From: Cyanobacteria bacterium auto_48_18
GTDB taxonomy: Bacteria; Cyanobacteriota; Vampirovibrionia; Obscuribacterales; Obscuribacteraceae
Length of the DNA stretch: 64,000 nt
Assembly: GCA_036170915.1 (NCBI GenBank)
Contig: JAVHQC010000035.1
Coordinates: forward strand, 264,234-328,233
Reading direction: 5' to 3'
Part shown: positions 1 through 9,505 of the stretch, one piece after another
How the letters are laid out: each line of letters opens with the position of its first letter
Numbering within the stretch: position 1 is the first letter of the stretch
Translations under genes and position numbers: made by a program
Notes under the pieces: model-generated
What the model was told of the DNA's origin: nothing
The model's database searches: none
The model's input: the letters and a program-made list of their open reading frames with translations, nothing else

Positions 1-6
1 AGAGGC

Positions 7-74
7 CACCTAGAGATTTTTTACAACCTCTAAGTTGTAAAAATGTACAACTTATGAGTTGTAAAATTTCTTAG
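7..74. repeat. 68-bp dispersed intergenic element, copy 1: TACAAC-N6-GTTGTA-N6-TACAAC-N6-GTTGTA with conserved flanks
   Basis: Matches the reverse complement of 54258-54325 at 49/50 non-spacer positions; the 6-nt spacers differ. Confidence 0.9.
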
Positions 75-127
75 GCGAGCAGATTAGACACCGCCAGGTG
101 TCCACGAGCAAAAATCCAAACAAAACA

Positions 128-715
128 CTACTGTTTATGCGCTGCCACCATAGCAAGAAAGTAACGGTGCACACGCAAATCGCCGGTAATCTCAGGGTGG
201 AAAGCAGTCACCAGCAAATTATTCTGCCTGGCCATGACAATTCCGTCGTCTAATTGCGCCAATATTTCTACATCAGACCCACATTCAGTGATTACAGGCG
301 CACGGATGAAGACTGCGGGGAAAGGTTCTGCACCAAGAGCATCAATGACAAGATCAGCTTCAAAACTGCGACGCTGCGGGCCAAATGCATTGCGCTTGAC
401 CTTGACGTCCATCACGGCCAGACGGCCTTGCTTAGAGCCTTCGATATCTTTGGCAAGAAAAATCGAGCCCATGCAGGTGCCGTAAACCGGAAGTTCTTCT
501 TCGCTAATTTTTCTCTTGATGGCCGAAAAGACAGGTGCACTGCCATCATCAGTCAGCTTATCAACAGCTGTTGATTCACCACCAGGAATAATCAGACCAT
601 CCAGGGCGTCCAGATCTTCGGCATAACGCACAGCTACAGTTTTTACACCGCAGTCCGTAAGCATCTTCATATGCTCGGCGAAATCGCCTTGCAAAGCCAG
701 CACTCCAACAATCAT
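128..715 (-). CDS. pdxT: Pyridoxal 5'-phosphate synthase glutaminase subunit
   Basis: GVLALQGDF, IIPGGEST, GTCMG and FHPE motifs; directly downstream of pdxS. Confidence 0.97.
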   Translation of the reverse strand: MIVGVLALQGDFAEHMKMLTDCGVKTVAVRYAEDLDALDGLIIPGGESTAVDKLTDDGSAPVFSAIKRKISEEELPVYGTCMGSIFLAKDIEGSKQGRLAVMDVKVKRNAFGPQRRSFEADLVIDALGAEPFPAVFIRAPVITECGSDVEILAQLDDGIVMARQNNLLVTAFHPEITGDLRVHRYFLAMVAAHKQ

Positions 716-720
716 AAAAT

Positions 721-1620
721 CTACCAGCCGCGGCTAGCCAGAGTTTCTGCCGGAGCCAGATCACGACAGTTGCGTCCGACCATAGCTTCGCCTAAATTGC
801 GACTTACTTTTGCCAGAACTTCAGGATCTTTATAGAAGGTGGTGGCTTTAACTATGGCTTGAGCGCGCTGCATCGGATTGCCTGATTTGAAAATACCAGA
901 GCCGACAAAGACGCCGTCTACACCAAGTTGCATCATCAAAGCAGCGTCAGCTGGAGTGGCAATGCCGCCGGCGGCGAAATTGACTACAGGTAATTTGCCT
1001 TCAGCTGCAACTTTGACGATTAACTCGTAAGGAGCACCAATATTCTTGGCATAGCTCATTAGTTCTTCTTTGGGCATGGCGGTAAGTCGTCTGATTTCGC
1101 CCAGAATGGCCCGGGCGTGTCGTACGGCTTCAACCACATCACCAGTGCCGGCTTCACCTTTAGTGCGCATCATGGCAGCACCTTCGCCAATGCGCCTCAA
1201 TGCTTCACCAAGATTTTTAGCACCGCAAACAAAAGGAATGGTGAAAGCGTTTTTGTCGATGTGGAATTCTTCATCGGCAGGAGTCAGAACTTCGCTTTCG
1301 TCAACACAGTCAACACCTAGCGATTCAAGAATTTGAGCTTCCACAAAGTGGCCAATTCTTGCTTTCGCCATAACTGGAATTGAAACTGATTCAATAATCT
1401 GAATAATCAATTCAGGGTCACTCATGCGGGCAACACCACCATCGGCGCGAATGTCAGCTGGTACACGCTCAAGAGCCATAACCGCTACTGCACCGGCTTC
1501 TTCTGCAATCTTTGCCTGTTCAGCATTGACCACATCCATAATTACTCCGCCTTTGAGCATTTGTGCCAATGCTTCTTTGACGAGTCTGGTACCTGTTCTT
1601 GGTGTAATTACTGTAGACAT
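721..1620 (-). CDS. pdxS: Pyridoxal 5'-phosphate synthase lyase subunit
   Basis: [30 protein letters not shown] and [18 protein letters not shown] motifs. Confidence 0.98.
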   Translation of the reverse strand: MSTVITPRTGTRLVKEALAQMLKGGVIMDVVNAEQAKIAEEAGAVAVMALERVPADIRADGGVARMSDPELIIQIIESVSIPVMAKARIGHFVEAQILESLGVDCVDESEVLTPADEEFHIDKNAFTIPFVCGAKNLGEALRRIGEGAAMMRTKGEAGTGDVVEAVRHARAILGEIRRLTAMPKEELMSYAKNIGAPYELIVKVAAEGKLPVVNFAAGGIATPADAALMMQLGVDGVFVGSGIFKSGNPMQRAQAIVKATTFYKDPEVLAKVSRNLGEAMVGRNCRDLAPAETLASRGW

Positions 1621-1667
1621 GTGAACTCCTGATTAAGTGTGATGATTGTTCGTCGAAAAAACTAGAA

Positions 1668-3302
1668 TTAAATCAATACGTGCTCGTTGTGCCTTTGCCT
1701 GATGGTGTTGGCAGCCCGCTCAAGGTAGTGATGGTCGAGATACTTTGTGATTGCCCGGGTCAATCTTTTGATGCCTTCAACTATGCGCTCGTTGGAATTT
1801 TGAATAAAACAAAGGCGCAAATGATTGAGCGAATTAGAATCAAGGAAACACAAATCGCCAGGCGAAAACACAACTTTTTCAGCCACGGCAAATTCGAGTA
1901 AATCGCGATTTGATACACCCTCAGGCAAAGTCAGCCAGATGAATAAACCGCCTGCTGGTGTGGACCAGCTGATATCAGGATAGTGGCGCAACTCTTGGCT
2001 TAGAGCAGCAATGATTGTATCGCGACGTTCAGCGTAGATTTTGTTGACTTTGCTTAAGTGCTCCTGATAAAGACCACGGTGCAAAAATTCGGTGAGAATA
2101 ACCTGGGCCATAGAATTGGTAGCTAAATCGCTGGTTCTTTTTGCAAAACTCAATTTATCAATTACATCTTGTGGTGCTACCAGCCAGCCAAGCCGAATGC
2201 CAGGGCAGAGGGCCTTGGAGAAAGTACCTTGATAAATGACCATATCTTCGCCGCCAGGCAGCGACCTCAGAGAAGGTAGGGGTTCGCCATCGTAAGCCAG
2301 ATCGCCAGAGTAATCGTCTTCTAAAATAGGAGTTTGGTATTTGCGTGCCAGAGCTAACAGGCCCTTTCGCCTGGCCAGTGACATAGTAATACCGGTGGGA
2401 TTCTGATTGTTAGGCATGACATAAATAAACTTAGGCTGATACCGAATCAGGTGCCCTTCCACAGCTTGCAGTGAAATGCCTTCTTCATCAAGCGGGCAAC
2501 CAATAAGCTGCGCCTGTCTGGCTTTAAAATTAGAAATGGCCCAGAAATATGTGGGCTCTTCTACTAGAACGCAGTCACCCGGATCAATCAGTAAGTTAGC
2601 CACCAGGTCAATACCTTGCTGAGAGCCGCTGAGAATCAGCAGTTCTTGATCGGCAAAGCTCATGCCGCGCAAAGCTAAATGCTTGGTCACCGCCCTGCGC
2701 AAGTCAGGCTCTCCGGCAAAGGGGCTGTAATCAAACATGGTGGCACCACGGCCGTGAGACAAAAGATCAAGAACGATTTTTTCGAACTCATGACTGGGAT
2801 AAGAGTCTTGCGACGGTATGCCACCAGCAAATGAAATGAATGCATCGCCAGAACTTAGCTGGGGCAATTTGTTCATAGAACTTGAGAGGCCATCAGCATA
2901 GCGAGAAAAAATTGCCGGCCACTGAACTTTTTCTTCTGACGTTGATAAGGACAATTGCTTACCGGTACTTGAGCTCAAATTAGAGCGCGCACTGGCAGAA
3001 CTTAAAGAACTGACAGAACTTACAAAAGTCCCGCGACCGACATGCGACTCAATCAATCCAAGCTGCGAGAGTTCAAGGTAAGCTCTAGCTACCGTAGAGC
3101 GATCTATTTTGAGTTCTTGAGCCAGTTCACGATTGGTAGGCAGGCGAACTCCGGCAGCCATTTCGCCAGACTGAATTGCCGCCTTGAGGCTTTCCACCAC
3201 TCGCACATATAAGTGAGAGTTGCTTGGTTTAGCCGCAGATTTGACTGCGATGCTTCTGCTGACTCCAGCCAATTCTTGGGCTAATTTATCCTGCCAATTC
3301 AT
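1668..3302 (-). CDS. pdxR: MocR/GabR-family PLP-dependent transcription regulator (GntR wHTH + aminotransferase class I domain), probable PdxR
   Basis: RLPTNRELAQELKIDRSTVARAY HTH; NPTG, EDDY and GTFSKALCPGIRLGW (PLP lysine); upstream of pdxST. Confidence 0.8.
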   Translation of the reverse strand: MNWQDKLAQELAGVSRSIAVKSAAKPSNSHLYVRVVESLKAAIQSGEMAAGVRLPTNRELAQELKIDRSTVARAYLELSQLGLIESHVGRGTFVSSVSSLSSASARSNLSSSTGKQLSLSTSEEKVQWPAIFSRYADGLSSSMNKLPQLSSGDAFISFAGGIPSQDSYPSHEFEKIVLDLLSHGRGATMFDYSPFAGEPDLRRAVTKHLALRGMSFADQELLILSGSQQGIDLVANLLIDPGDCVLVEEPTYFWAISNFKARQAQLIGCPLDEEGISLQAVEGHLIRYQPKFIYVMPNNQNPTGITMSLARRKGLLALARKYQTPILEDDYSGDLAYDGEPLPSLRSLPGGEDMVIYQGTFSKALCPGIRLGWLVAPQDVIDKLSFAKRTSDLATNSMAQVILTEFLHRGLYQEHLSKVNKIYAERRDTIIAALSQELRHYPDISWSTPAGGLFIWLTLPEGVSNRDLLEFAVAEKVVFSPGDLCFLDSNSLNHLRLCFIQNSNERIVEGIKRLTRAITKYLDHHYLERAANTIRQRHNEHVLI

Positions 3303-3403
3303 TTATAGACCGTTTACAGACCAATTATAGACCATGATTGACCCAATATATACCAGCCATTACTGCCAGGCAATCCAGCCAATGTCATAATTTACCAGCC
3401 AAT
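3303..3403. promoter_or_regulatory. Candidate MocR/PdxR operator: three TTA(T/C)AGACC repeats at 11-bp period plus three CCAGCCA repeats
   Basis: TTATAGACC at 3303, TTACAGACC at 3314, TTATAGACC at 3325; CCAGCCA at 3353, 3375 and 3395; immediately upstream of the regulator start. Confidence 0.55.
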
Positions 3404-3446
3404 TCGATAAAAGGCTTTAAATGGTTTTTACATGGAAGCTAAAAGA

Positions 3447-4280
3447 CTAAATAGCTGAATGATCGGCAGAATCGGCTAATTCAGGATCAAATTCACCAGG
3501 AGATTTTAATTCTCCGTGCGATGCAGCAGCGATGTTGAGTTCTCTTTTTTGATCGAGCACTGAATCAATGTTCACACCAGAAAATGCAGCGAGAAAAGAT
3601 AGCCCCAGGTTGCTTGCAAACATAAGTGACATAGCAACTGACACCATGCCATTGAATGTGGTGACAGATATTGCCAGCATGCAGAGCCAGACCGGCAGAT
3701 GCGCCCACGCTAGAGATCGTGGCAAGACGCGGGTTCTACTCAGACAATGAGTAATCGCTAAACCGGCCAGACCATACAAGGCTGACGAAATCATGAAGGT
3801 CTCAGTAATTGATTGATTGATCAAAGTCCAGCCGATTTGCACCAGTTCGTTGCCCGTGTAGGTACAAATGGCAGTGCCTTGCAGGGCGATATCACTGAAC
3901 AAAACCATCATTCGGCTCACAGCAGCAAGATCTTGCGAACAAGCCAGAACAGCCAAACATACAGCCACGCCGATGATAAAGCGAAATTTCTCTTCTAGTA
4001 TTTCTCGCATGGCGAGAATGAAAACTAGAGTAGAGATACTGGAGCATATTACCGAGAGACAGCAAATTCTCCACAACACAAGATGTCGCGGCACAAATTC
4101 CATCAAACGGGCTGGTGTAAAATCGACGAAATTTCCTTCGCGAAAAGCGTAAACGCAAAGCAGCGTTGCCGCAGTGTGAGCGATGGCGGCAAGCAAGCAA
4201 GTAAGTTGCACAAAGCGGTGGCGCCGCATGGGCGAAGGTGCAGAAACGAGGGCTGTTGTATCTGGCTTAAAATCAGCCAT
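3447..4280 (-). CDS. Hypothetical multi-pass membrane protein
   Basis: About six hydrophobic segments; starts 4 bp after the serS stop. Confidence 0.7.
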   Translation of the reverse strand: MADFKPDTTALVSAPSPMRRHRFVQLTCLLAAIAHTAATLLCVYAFREGNFVDFTPARLMEFVPRHLVLWRICCLSVICSSISTLVFILAMREILEEKFRFIIGVAVCLAVLACSQDLAAVSRMMVLFSDIALQGTAICTYTGNELVQIGWTLINQSITETFMISSALYGLAGLAITHCLSRTRVLPRSLAWAHLPVWLCMLAISVTTFNGMVSVAMSLMFASNLGLSFLAAFSGVNIDSVLDQKRELNIAAASHGELKSPGEFDPELADSADHSAI

Positions 4281-4284
4281 TGAC

Positions 4285-5568
4285 TCAAGTAACTGCTGCT
4301 AGTTTGGCTGCAATGACGCTGACACCCATGTATGGTTGCAACACAGTGGGCACTCTCACAGAACCGTCGGGCTGTTGATTGTTTTCCAGAATGGCTGCCA
4401 TGGCCCTACCAATCGCTAAACCAGAGCCGTTGATGGTATGCAAATATTTCGCTTTGCCACCATCAGTGGGTTTGTAGCGCAGATTGGCACGGCGCGCCTG
4501 GAAGTCACCAAAGACTGAGCAAGAGCTGATTTCACGATACTTATCTTGAGCAGGGAACCAAACTTCCAGGTCATAACACTTGGAGGCACAAAAACCCATG
4601 TCACCGCTGCAAAGCAGCATGCGTCGATAAGGTAATTCAAGAGCTTCTAAAATAAGTTCGGCGTCCCGTGTCAATTTTTCATGTTCTTCAGCACTGGTTT
4701 CGGGAGTGCAAAATTTAACCAGTTCGACTTTATTGAACTGATGCTGGCGAATGTATCCGCGAGTGTCTTTACCAGCGCTGCCTGCTTCTCGTCTAAAATT
4801 AGGCGTATACGCGCAATGATTAATGGGCAAATCGGCTTCGTCAATTACTTCTTCTCGATAGAGATTGGTAATCGGCACTTCCGCCGTTGGCACCAGATAT
4901 AGTTCGTCATCAGCGCACTTGTAAAAGTCATCGGCAAATTTAGGTAACTGGCCTGTGCCCACTAAACAATTTCGATTTACCAAAATTGGGGGAAAGACTT
5001 CGCTATAGCCCCGCTTAGAATGGCTATCGAGCATGAAATTCATCAATGCTCGCTCCATTTTTGCGCCCCAGTTCATCAGAACTGTGAAGCGCGACTCGGC
5101 AATTTTTACGCCGCGTTCAAAATCGAAGATGCCTAATTCAGCACCGATATCATAGTGATGGCGCGGATTTTTGATACCAGGGATGGTGCCCCAGGTAGAG
5201 ATAATTTTGTTTTCTTCTTCATTTTTACCATCAGGCACGTCGGCGCCGGGCATGTTGGGAATAGCAAGAGCGAGCTGAGTTCTTTGCCCCTCGAGCACTC
5301 TCTTTTCTTCCTCGACTTCACCCTGTCGACTTTTAATTTCTTTGGTCTCGCTCTTAAAGCTCTCTTTTTCAGGGCCGGAAAGCTTACCAGACTTAAATAA
5401 CTCAGAAATTTCATTGCTGCGGCAGTTTAATGCTTCCCATTCAGACTGCACTTTGCGCAACCTGGCGTCGATTTCTACCAGTTCTTTTATGGAAAAACCG
5501 CCGTGACGGCGTGCAAGCGCAGCTTCTACGGCGTCTGGATTTTCTCTGATCAATTTAAGGTCTAACAT
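4285..5568 (-). CDS. serS: Serine--tRNA ligase
   Basis: MLDLKLIRENP start; PTAEVP, FRREAGSAGKDTRGYIRQHQFNKVE and EISSCS motifs. Confidence 0.97.
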   Translation of the reverse strand: MLDLKLIRENPDAVEAALARRHGGFSIKELVEIDARLRKVQSEWEALNCRSNEISELFKSGKLSGPEKESFKSETKEIKSRQGEVEEEKRVLEGQRTQLALAIPNMPGADVPDGKNEEENKIISTWGTIPGIKNPRHHYDIGAELGIFDFERGVKIAESRFTVLMNWGAKMERALMNFMLDSHSKRGYSEVFPPILVNRNCLVGTGQLPKFADDFYKCADDELYLVPTAEVPITNLYREEVIDEADLPINHCAYTPNFRREAGSAGKDTRGYIRQHQFNKVELVKFCTPETSAEEHEKLTRDAELILEALELPYRRMLLCSGDMGFCASKCYDLEVWFPAQDKYREISSCSVFGDFQARRANLRYKPTDGGKAKYLHTINGSGLAIGRAMAAILENNQQPDGSVRVPTVLQPYMGVSVIAAKLAAVT

Positions 5569-5660
5569 TTTGAACTTCTTTGTGAGCGATGACGTTATAG
5601 GAAGTAGGGCCGGAATTTTCACCCGGTTCCAGATTATAGCTTTTGAGGAGGGGCAATGCC

Positions 5661-6170
5661 ATGGAACTGACAGCTAATACTAAGAAGTGGAGACAAACTC
5701 TAGGCACATTAGGTGAACAAATAGCCTCTGAGTATCTGGCAGAGCAGGGTTTTCAATTGCTGGCGCAAAACTATAGAGCCGGTCGCAGCGGTGAAATTGA
5801 CTTGATTGCCTTGAAAGACCTGCAGCCTGAGCGCAAAAAGCTGATTATGTTCGCAGAAGTCAAAACCAGACTGGAAGACAGCCCTGGCTGTGGTCTTGCA
5901 CAAACTGGGCAAATGTCTATCGACTTGCGCAAGCAGAAAAAGATCATCACTACTGCTTTACATTTTCTCGGGCAAGCTAAACAGGTGGGCTCAAAAGTCT
6001 ACATGCCGCAGTTGTCTGGCTCACGCACACTACAATTTGATGTGATTTTGATTAACTATCAGCTCAGCCGCAACCAGATACTGGCACTTCTGTTTGCAGG
6101 TGACCTGGTAACCCTGAGAAACAACGCCAGCGTCATTCATCTCATGGAGGCATTTGGGCGCTTTCAATAA
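5661..6170 (+). CDS. yraN: YraN/UPF0102-family putative endonuclease
   Basis: G-x2-GE-x2-A-x2-YL, NYR, GEIDLIA, F-x-EVKTR and FDVI motifs; GAGGAG RBS upstream. Confidence 0.85.
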   Translation: MELTANTKKWRQTLGTLGEQIASEYLAEQGFQLLAQNYRAGRSGEIDLIALKDLQPERKKLIMFAEVKTRLEDSPGCGLAQTGQMSIDLRKQKKIITTALHFLGQAKQVGSKVYMPQLSGSRTLQFDVILINYQLSRNQILALLFAGDLVTLRNNASVIHLMEAFGRFQ

Positions 6171-6287
6171 ATTAATTTCAAAGTATATACTCAAAGGCCC
6201 TGGCTAATTACAGGCAGGGCCTTGGTATGTCAATATGGCAAGCGCAGGGAACAGATATCAGACTGAAGTGTTTTGAGGATTTAAATC

Positions 6288-7238
6288 ATGTTTTCTTGGA
6301 AAGACAAGCGCTCACAAGCAGAACAAGCGCAAATGCTCAAAGACACCATCAGCAATCACAAAGGGCTGAATAAGCGCGCTGTGGGCCTTTTTCCACAACC
6401 AAAAGATGAGCGCCCCAGCGACATTGATCTCTCCAGCCATGTCAAATTTCACAATCTTCTCGTTGCCATTGAAGGCAGAGAAGAAACCTGCGTTATTCGC
6501 ATGATTTCACCTGGTCAAAAGTGCCGGGCCGCCGCTCTGGTTTTTCGCGGCCGGGTGCTTGCCTGCGTCTACGGTCGAGAAGACAGCGAAACCCAGTTGC
6601 TCGGTCAAGAAGCATTCAATCAAGCCAAACTGCAAATGCTAGCCAGCGATGCCATTGTTGATACTTATAAAATCGATGACAAAACTGCTATCGCCGCATC
6701 ATCCATGTTTCATGGCGAGCTCTATGATCCGCAATGCATGATGACACCACAAGACGTTTTACATTTTTCACTCGAACATTTGCTTGAAAGCAACGCTCCA
6801 GGCACCATTGTCATCAACGAAGGCGACGGCACCAAAGCAATAATCTACACTTTTAAAGGGAAAGTACATGGTATTTTCTCCTTCAAAGACGGCTGGATTG
6901 AACCATCGATTGATAATGCCAGGGGAATTCTACACGGAATTTATAACGCCAATATTTCAGCGTCGAAACTGCGCCTTTGCAATATCTGGGAACTGAAGCC
7001 ATTTACTTTCTCCCTCACTGGTTTAGAAGAGCAGTTGTCTTCAGGCAAGCAATACGCTTCACTAAGCCTCGACTACTCTGAGTTGAAAAAAGTTGAGCAG
7101 AAGCACAAAGACGGCCTGGGTACTGCATTACATGCAGACAGAGAAGAACAATTCAAAGCTGCTCACCCTGAGAATGCCCCCAAAAGTAGCGGCAACCCAT
7201 GGAAAAGTGCCCGCGGCAATAAAATCGGCGGAAACTAA
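6288..7238 (+). CDS. Hypothetical protein with two DUF4388/PATAN-like repeats
   Basis: Two segments of the type 'G/C-x-I-x-I...A-x-I/L-x-F-x-G-x-V' (VFRGRVLAC; TFKGKVHGI); ends 9 bp before lysA. Confidence 0.55.
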   Translation: MFSWKDKRSQAEQAQMLKDTISNHKGLNKRAVGLFPQPKDERPSDIDLSSHVKFHNLLVAIEGREETCVIRMISPGQKCRAAALVFRGRVLACVYGREDSETQLLGQEAFNQAKLQMLASDAIVDTYKIDDKTAIAASSMFHGELYDPQCMMTPQDVLHFSLEHLLESNAPGTIVINEGDGTKAIIYTFKGKVHGIFSFKDGWIEPSIDNARGILHGIYNANISASKLRLCNIWELKPFTFSLTGLEEQLSSGKQYASLSLDYSELKKVEQKHKDGLGTALHADREEQFKAAHPENAPKSSGNPWKSARGNKIGGN

Positions 7239-7247
7239 AATTTACCA

Positions 7248-8588
7248 ATGACGGCTGAAAAAATAAAAACCGAAAGTCCAAATCAGAGCATCATGCCGGT
7301 GACGGCCGCGATTAACGAGCACAATCACCTCACTGTGGGTGGCATCGACGTGGTTGACCTGGTGCAAGAATTTGGCAGCCCGCTCTGGATTGTGTGCGAA
7401 GAAACTATTCGCCAATCTGCCGAGGCCGTCAAACTCGGATTGAGCAATTATGGTCAGGCCCTGCCATGTTATGCCGGTAAGGCATTTTTGTGCCTGGCAC
7501 TAGTAAAGCTAATTGCAGATCTCGATTTTGGCCTTGACGTTGTCTCAGAAGGCGAATTATTCACAGCACTGAAAGCCGGTTTTCCTGCTGAGAAAATTTT
7601 CTTTCATGGAAACAACAAAAGCGATCGCGAATTAAAAATGGCTCTCAATGCCGCAATTAAAATCGTTGTCGACAACGAAAGTGAGTTAGCGACTCTCATC
7701 GCTTTAGCTAAACCGCTGAGAAGAAAAGTAGAAATTCTCCTGCGCATTATTCCTGGTATAGAACTTGACACCCACGACCATATTAAAACCGGCCACGATA
7801 AAAGCAAATTTGGTATTCCCTTAGATCAACTGGGCGCCGCCATTGAACTGATTGCCAGCCAGAAGAATGTTGAATTACTGGGGCTGCATGCTCATATCGG
7901 CAGCCAGGGTATGGACCTTGAGCCTTTTCTCGAAAGTGTGGACGTATTTGCCGAGCTCTATGCCAATCTAAAAGACAAATACAATCTCACACTGCCGCAT
8001 CTAGACGTGGGCGGCGGCCTGGGCATTGCCTACACAGCCGATGATCATCCTCTGGCACTGCAAAGCTGGGCTCGAGCGCTAAGCGTAAAAGTCAAAGAAG
8101 CTTTCAACGCTAGAAATTTGCCCATCCCCGAACTTTCTGTCGAACCAGGACGCGCAATTGTCGGCACCTCAGGGGTAACCGTTTATCAGAGTGGCCACTT
8201 AAAAGAATTGCCAGGAATAAACTACCTGGCTGTAGACGGCGGCATGGCCGACAACCCTCGGCCGATTACCTATCAAGCAAAATATACCGCTGCAGTAGCC
8301 AATCGCATGGTCGGCGAGCATGACAAAATCAAGCCCTGGTCAATCGTTGGCAGATATTGCGAATCGGGCGACATAATTGTAGAAGAAGCAAAATTGGACG
8401 CCCGGGAGGGTGATTTGATTGCTGTATTTGCCACAGGTGCATACAATTACAGTATGTCATCCAATTACAATCGCACAGCCAGACCAGCCTGCGTGCTGGT
8501 GAAAAACGGCCGGGCCGAAATAATTCTGGAGCGCGAGACACTTAAAGATTTAGTCAGCCACGACCGTATTCCCAGTTGGCTAACTTGA
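7248..8588 (+). CDS. lysA: Diaminopimelate decarboxylase
   Basis: YAGKAF (PLP Lys), HAHIGSQ, DVGGGLG, EPGR, CESGD and GAYNYSM motifs. Confidence 0.96.
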   Translation: MTAEKIKTESPNQSIMPVTAAINEHNHLTVGGIDVVDLVQEFGSPLWIVCEETIRQSAEAVKLGLSNYGQALPCYAGKAFLCLALVKLIADLDFGLDVVSEGELFTALKAGFPAEKIFFHGNNKSDRELKMALNAAIKIVVDNESELATLIALAKPLRRKVEILLRIIPGIELDTHDHIKTGHDKSKFGIPLDQLGAAIELIASQKNVELLGLHAHIGSQGMDLEPFLESVDVFAELYANLKDKYNLTLPHLDVGGGLGIAYTADDHPLALQSWARALSVKVKEAFNARNLPIPELSVEPGRAIVGTSGVTVYQSGHLKELPGINYLAVDGGMADNPRPITYQAKYTAAVANRMVGEHDKIKPWSIVGRYCESGDIIVEEAKLDAREGDLIAVFATGAYNYSMSSNYNRTARPACVLVKNGRAEIILERETLKDLVSHDRIPSWLT

Positions 8589-8614
8589 AACCAGGCAGTT
8601 CAATTTGAGGTTTC

Positions 8615-9505
8615 ATGCCAGATCTGAGCGATTTCATCAAACAAATTGATTTGCTCACATGGGGCAAAACACTGCTGCAAGTGCTGATTGTATTTTACGC
8701 AGTGCTTTGGGTCTGGCGACGTATTGTCGGCACGCACGCAGAGCGTCTGGTCAAGGGTTTGCTGGTGCTGGCAGCCATCAGCCTGGCTTCCTCGTGGCTG
8801 CAGCTTACTTTGATCACTTCAATTTTGCATCATCTAATTCCGGCGGCAGCTCTGGCACTGGTTATGGTTTTCCAGCCGGAAATCAGGCGGGGTCTAGGCT
8901 ACCTTGGCCGCGTGCAAACCTTCAAATTTGATCTTTCACTGACCAATAGCGATGCTACTCGCACCAGTCGTGATATCACTCAAATAATTCAAGCAGTCAC
9001 CGAATTATCGCGCACCAAAACCGGTGCCCTGATAGTAATTGAACCTCCAGAAGGAGAACGCGATTATTTGAGCCCCGGCACACCAGTCAATGCTGATATT
9101 TCAGCCACTCTACTGCTGGCTTTGTTCTTTCCTAAATCGCCCCTGCATGATGGCGCGGTGGTGATTCGCAAGCAAAAGATTGTGGCCGCTGGTGTGATTT
9201 TGCCCATGACCGACAATGCGAAACTATCATACAAGTATGGCACCAGACACCGGGCGGCCATAGGCCTGTCAGAAACCTACGACGGTCTTTGTATAGTGGT
9301 GTCTGAAGAAACCGGCGCGATTTCGGCAGCCAGCCGGGGCATGCTGGCTAGCTATGCTACTGCCGAAGACCTTACAGATCCTATTGCTTACCTTTACTAT
9401 CAGGGCAGCGAAGAACAGCATACAAGCCCGCTCAACTCATTCATGTCGCTTTTTGGACGGGGCAAAAATGAAGCGGTGCCGGCAAGCAAATCTTCAGAAG
9501 TTTAA
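8615..9505 (+). CDS. cdaA: Diadenylate cyclase (membrane-bound CdaA)
   Basis: N-terminal TM helices; FQPEIRR, PLHDGA, GTRHRAA and VSEETG DAC motifs. Confidence 0.93.
   Translation: MPDLSDFIKQIDLLTWGKTLLQVLIVFYAVLWVWRRIVGTHAERLVKGLLVLAAISLASSWLQLTLITSILHHLIPAAALALVMVFQPEIRRGLGYLGRVQTFKFDLSLTNSDATRTSRDITQIIQAVTELSRTKTGALIVIEPPEGERDYLSPGTPVNADISATLLLALFFPKSPLHDGAVVIRKQKIVAAGVILPMTDNAKLSYKYGTRHRAAIGLSETYDGLCIVVSEETGAISAASRGMLASYATAEDLTDPIAYLYYQGSEEQHTSPLNSFMSLFGRGKNEAVPASKSSEV

Noticed and set aside
7..74. TACAAC/GTTGTA units as a CRISPR array
   Set aside because: Units are 6 bp with 6-bp spacers in alternating orientation, and no cas genes are in the window
6194..6223. AAGGCCCTG...CAGGGCCTT stem after yraN resembling the stem after acsA
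   Set aside because: Long loop and no U-tract; similarity limited to the short stem
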